Source: an uncultured Candidatus Saccharibacteria bacterium | Lineage (GTDB): Bacteria > Patescibacteriota > UBA1384 > 2-12-FULL-50-11 | DNA: 64,000 bases | Direction of reading: 5' to 3' | NCBI GenBank assembly: GCA_964599405.1 | Contig: CAZRED010000002.1 | Coordinates: forward strand, 44,198-108,197 | Shown: piece after piece, positions 60,453-64,000 of the stretch | Position numbering within the stretch: position 1 is the stretch's first letter | How the letters are laid out: each line of letters begins with the position of its first letter | The notes under the pieces: generated by a model | Seen by the model: only the letters and a program-made list of their open reading frames with translations | The model's database searches: none | What the model was told of the DNA's origin: nothing | Position numbers and translations under genes: made by a program

Positions 60453-61306
60453 ACCTTGAGCGGTAGGAAAAAGGCGTAGCGGTCGTAACCGGCCAAGTCT
60501 TTTTCAATCACCACTTCGTGACTGGGGAGAAATTGGTTAGCTAGAGCTTTCACTGGTTCACCGTGGGTGTGCCACATCTCAATGGCGGCGATGCCATCCG
60601 GAGCGAGATAGTCCGAGAGCTGTTCGATAAACGGCGTAATATACTTCAGACCGTCAATACCGGCTTCTATCGCTACCATCGGCTCCCAATCAAGAATTTG
60701 GTCGGTTATAAAGGCCAGTCGCTCGGTCGGGACGTACGGCAAGTTCGCAATAACCAAATCGTATTGGTTCTTCGGAACTTTTTCGAATAAATTACTCTCG
60801 ATAAATTCAATGTCAACGCCGTGGGTATTGGCATTTTCTTCGGCTAGCTCGAGGGCGTCGGCGGAAATATCAGTCGCTGTCACGGTCGCATCGGGAAAGA
60901 ATTTTTTCAAACTGATGGCAATTGGCCCGGAACCGGTGCCAATTTCCAGAAAATGCTTTTCTTGCAAGTGAAAGTCTTTGATCTGCTTATTCACTAATTC
61001 CACCAGAAATTCGGTTTCGGGCCTCGGGATTAGGCCACGTTTGTCGCTGCGCAGTTTTAGGCCCATAAACGGCTGCTCTTCCAGAATGTAGCCGAGTGGG
61101 CAGCCCTGGAGGCGTTTGGCGACCATTTTTTCCAGGGCGACACCGACGGCGGGCGGGACTTCCTCTTCTGGGTGGGTATTCAGCCAAGCACTATCTTGAT
61201 GGAGGATTTTACCCAGCATAAAGCCGGTTTCTCGTTCGCCGTGGATGTAACCGTTATCACGTAACTGGTCGGTAGCGTCACGAAGTAAGTCTTCAACGGT
61301 CATCAA
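60449..61306 (-). CDS. prmC: Release factor glutamine methyltransferase
   Basis: [19 protein letters not shown]; follows prfA. Confidence 0.95.
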   Translation of the reverse strand: MMTVEDLLRDATDQLRDNGYIHGERETGFMLGKILHQDSAWLNTHPEEEVPPAVGVALEKMVAKRLQGCPLGYILEEQPFMGLKLRSDKRGLIPRPETEFLVELVNKQIKDFHLQEKHFLEIGTGSGPIAISLKKFFPDATVTATDISADALELAEENANTHGVDIEFIESNLFEKVPKNQYDLVIANLPYVPTERLAFITDQILDWEPMVAIEAGIDGLKYITPFIEQLSDYLAPDGIAAIEMWHTHGEPVKALANQFLPSHEVVIEKDLAGYDRYAFFLPLKV

Positions 61307-62171
61307 TACCTAGATTGGCCAACCGTAAGCTTTCGACGATATTTTCTAAATCGCCGTCCATAATTTTCTCAATATTGTGCCAACTTTTATTAATCCGGTG
61401 GTCGGTAACCCGGCTCTGGGGGAAATTATAGGTGCGGATTTTGTCGCTGCGATCGCCAGATTTAATCATATCACGCCGAGCGCTACCGATTTCTTGGGAC
61501 TGTTTTTCCTGTTCGAATTCCCACAGCCTGGAGCGCAGCACGTTCATGGCTTTTTCTTTGTTTTGAAGCTGGCTGCGGCCGTCTTGGCAAGTAACCACCA
61601 GGCCGGTGGGGATATGGGTGATTCGCACTGCCGAATCGGTGGTATTAACGCCTTGACCCCCATGGCCGCCCGAGCGGTAAACATCAATACGTAATTCGTC
61701 GTTTTTTATTTGGATATCAACGTCTTTAGCTTCCGGTAGTATGACGACACTGGCGGCGGAGGTGTGAACCCGGCCGGATTTCTCGGTTCTAGGCACTCGC
61801 TGAACCCGGTGAACGCCCCCCTCGAAGCGCAGTTTGGCGTAGGCGCCTTGGCCAACAACTCGGGCTGTTAGCGACTTTACCCCACCCAACTCAGACTGGT
61901 TAAGTTCGATTATCTCTAATTTCCAACCCTGGGTGTGAGTGTAGCGTTCGTACATTCGCAGTAGCTCTTTGGCAAACAGCTCGGACTCGTCGCCGCCACT
62001 ACCGGCACGGATTTCCAGCACCACATTGCGGGAGTTAACTGGGTCGAGAGCGTCGAGTTCGTTCTTCAACTTAGCCACTTCTTCCTGGGCTAACTCTAAG
62101 ATATCTCGATCAGCTGCTTCTTTCAGCAGTTGTTCGGCTTCCGCCAAGCGTTTTTTGATTTCTTCAATCAT
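61293..62171 (-). CDS. prfA: Peptide chain release factor 1, N-terminally short (292 aa)
   Basis: [18 protein letters not shown] (PxT), GGQ, RTYNFPQ.RVTDHR. Confidence 0.95.
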   Translation of the reverse strand: MIEEIKKRLAEAEQLLKEAADRDILELAQEEVAKLKNELDALDPVNSRNVVLEIRAGSGGDESELFAKELLRMYERYTHTQGWKLEIIELNQSELGGVKSLTARVVGQGAYAKLRFEGGVHRVQRVPRTEKSGRVHTSAASVVILPEAKDVDIQIKNDELRIDVYRSGGHGGQGVNTTDSAVRITHIPTGLVVTCQDGRSQLQNKEKAMNVLRSRLWEFEQEKQSQEIGSARRDMIKSGDRSDKIRTYNFPQSRVTDHRINKSWHNIEKIMDGDLENIVESLRLANLGIDDR

Positions 62172-62212
62172 TATTGTTATTCTAACAGGTTTAGAAACCT
62201 AAATCATTGTTT

Positions 62213-62348
62213 TTTGCAGAGGACAGGGGGACTAGTTGCGAAGCGTCCCCCTACCCTCTGCACTCCCACCCCCGCACGCTGCCCCGGGCGGGTGGAGCAA
62301 AAGCTGGCTCACGGACCTGCTGTGGGTCAGGCTCGCCGCTTTTGCGCT
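62213..62348 (+). repeat. Structured intergenic repeat family B, copy 2
   Basis: Homologous to 49286-49422 with compensatory stem changes. Confidence 0.9.
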
Positions 62349-62551
62349 TTTTCGTGTAAGGGCAGATGTTATTCGAAAAGTGTGTCGGAGACACTTTTGC
62401 TTGGTGTCGCTAATGCGACAAAAGTGTTGAGACGCAAGCCGCCGGTTTCGCTGGAAAACTGGACGGCGTCTTTGAGAGTAATATCTGCCCGCCACCCCGC
62501 CAACCTGTTGATTACCATATTTTGTTCTGTTACAATTTCTTGGTAAATACG

Positions 62552-62776
62552 ATGAAAAAAGACATCCACCCAGAGTACTATCCGCAGGCCAAAATCACTT
62601 GCTCGTGCGGCAACACCTTCACCCTCGGCGCTACTGTGCCGGAATTGCGCGTGGAAATCTGCTCTAACTGCCACCCGCTCTACACCGGTAAAGCCAAGTT
62701 TGTGGACACCGCTGGCCGCTTGGATCGCTTCAAAGCCCGTTTGGAGAAAGTCCAGACCAAAAAGGAGACTAAGTAA
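62552..62776 (+). CDS. rpmE: 50S ribosomal protein L31 (Zn-binding type)
   Basis: MKKDIHP.Y, CSC, CSNCHP.YTG. Confidence 0.97.
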   Translation: MKKDIHPEYYPQAKITCSCGNTFTLGATVPELRVEICSNCHPLYTGKAKFVDTAGRLDRFKARLEKVQTKKETK

Positions 62777-63630
62777 TGGGTATCCCAACGCTCGTTGAGC
62801 TAGCGGAAGCCGGCGCCCATTTCGGTCATCATCGCTCCCTGACTTTTCCGAAAGCCAAAGAGTTTGTTTACGTAGTCAAAAGCAATGTGGCACTTATTAA
62901 CCTGGAAAAAACACAACAGGCGCTAGAGACAGCCCAGCAGGTAATTCAGGAGCATCTCGCTGCCAATAAGCCAATTTTATTTGTCGGCACCAAACGCTCG
63001 GTTCGCAACATTACCAAAACCGCCGCTGAAGCGGTTAATTCCCCGTATATTACCGAGCGTTGGTTTGGCGGGATGCTGACTAACTTCTTGACGATGCGTG
63101 AAAACATCAAGCGGATGAACGAGCAAGAAGAATTTCTAGCTAGTGAAAAAGCCCAGAAGCTAAGCAAAAAAGAACGGCTAGTATTAGAGAACAAACTTGA
63201 GCGAACCAAGCGTTTCCTGGGCGGCGTGGCGACACTTAAAGATATCCCGGCGCTGATTGTGCTGGCCAGTGCTAGCGAAGATAAAATTGCCATCGAAGAA
63301 GCCAATCAGTTGGGCGTGCCGGTGGTTTCGATTACCGATACCGACATGAACCCAGATTTAATTACTTACCCAATTCCCGCCAACGATGACGCTCCGAAAG
63401 CCGTTGAGCTGATTTTGCAGACAATAATTACTCCTTCCAGCAAGAAAGTTGCCAAAATTGCCCCAGCAGAAGCTGAAGAACTAGTAGAAAAAGCACCAAC
63501 AGCCAAAAAGACAGTTATCAAAAAGGCTACAGCAGTCAAAAAAGTAGTTGCCAAGAAGCCTGCCGCAAAGAAACCGATAGCGAAAGCAGCTAAAAAAGTT
63601 GCTAAAAAAGCCGTAACCAAGAAAAAGTAA
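62776..63630 (+). CDS. rpsB: 30S ribosomal protein S2 with Lys/Ala-rich tail
   Basis: AGAHFGH, FVGTK, RW.GG.LTN, DTD..P, PANDD. Confidence 0.96.
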   Translation: MGIPTLVELAEAGAHFGHHRSLTFPKAKEFVYVVKSNVALINLEKTQQALETAQQVIQEHLAANKPILFVGTKRSVRNITKTAAEAVNSPYITERWFGGMLTNFLTMRENIKRMNEQEEFLASEKAQKLSKKERLVLENKLERTKRFLGGVATLKDIPALIVLASASEDKIAIEEANQLGVPVVSITDTDMNPDLITYPIPANDDAPKAVELILQTIITPSSKKVAKIAPAEAEELVEKAPTAKKTVIKKATAVKKVVAKKPAAKKPIAKAAKKVAKKAVTKKK

Positions 63631-64000
63631 TGGCCGTCACAGTTGACCAAATTAAATCACTACGAGCTAAGACGGGCCTCGGTATTAACGATGTTAAATC
63701 GGCTCTGGAAGAAACCGGTGGCGACGAAGCCAAAGCGATCGCTTGGCTGAAGGAAAAGGGTCTTTCGACGGTAGCCAAAAAGGCTGACCGCTCCACCTCC
63801 CAGGGTTTAATTGACGTTTACGCCCATGCCGGGCGGATTGGCGCGATGGTAGAAGTGAACTGCGAAACCGATTTTGTCGCCCGTAACGACGACTTTAAAG
63901 CTTTCGTCCACGATCTCGCCTTGCAAGTGGCTTCAATGAACCCGGAAAACGTTGACGAACTGCTCAAGCAAGAGTTCTTCAAAGATCCGGCTCTGACAAT
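63630..64000 (+). CDS. tsf: Elongation factor Ts (3'-truncated by window edge)
   Basis: ATG overlapping the rpsB stop reads MAVTVDQIKSLRAKTG...EVNCETDFVA. Confidence 0.95.
   Translation, partial: MAVTVDQIKSLRAKTGLGINDVKSALEETGGDEAKAIAWLKEKGLSTVAKKADRSTSQGLIDVYAHAGRIGAMVEVNCETDFVARNDDFKAFVHDLALQVASMNPENVDELLKQEFFKDPALT

Overview
This is a 64 kb bacterial chromosome segment (standard code, about 50% GC core). Its gene content and compactness suggest a Patescibacteria/CPR organism; that assignment is inference. The backbone carries housekeeping genes: hisS, ileS, murA, dnaX, dnaB, pcrA, rsmA, rsmI, metG, tatD, mnmA, lemA, htpX, ligA, gatCAB, htrA, prmC, prfA, rpmE, rpsB and tsf. It also has a type IV pilus operon (pilB-C-M-N-O plus minor pilins). 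Two accessory tracts interrupt it. The first (about 8.2-22 kb) holds Gly-linker lipoproteins, an AT-richer island of nucleotide/amino-acid handling enzymes (truncated AlaRS paralog, archaeal-type SAM synthetase, NDK-like protein, two nucleotidyltransferases, Ino1), and an N-acyltransferase + ThiF + 7TM histidine kinase + receiver cluster. The second (52.4-54.9 kb) follows ligA and carries a candidate ncRNA, a ClpP-like gene, a duplicated ligA 3' end, and a HasA/NodC-like synthase with an XRE regulator. The top leads are: a putative small-molecule signal synthase/receptor module; a PilB ATPase with an N-terminal HU/IHF-like domain; non-canonical starts on pilM and pilN; two covarying structured repeat families plus an in-frame hairpin insertion in metG, all containing GCGAAGC; and widespread leaderless-type promoters. 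I saw no tRNA, rRNA, CRISPR array, integrase or transposase. All family assignments come from motif recognition by eye, not database searches.
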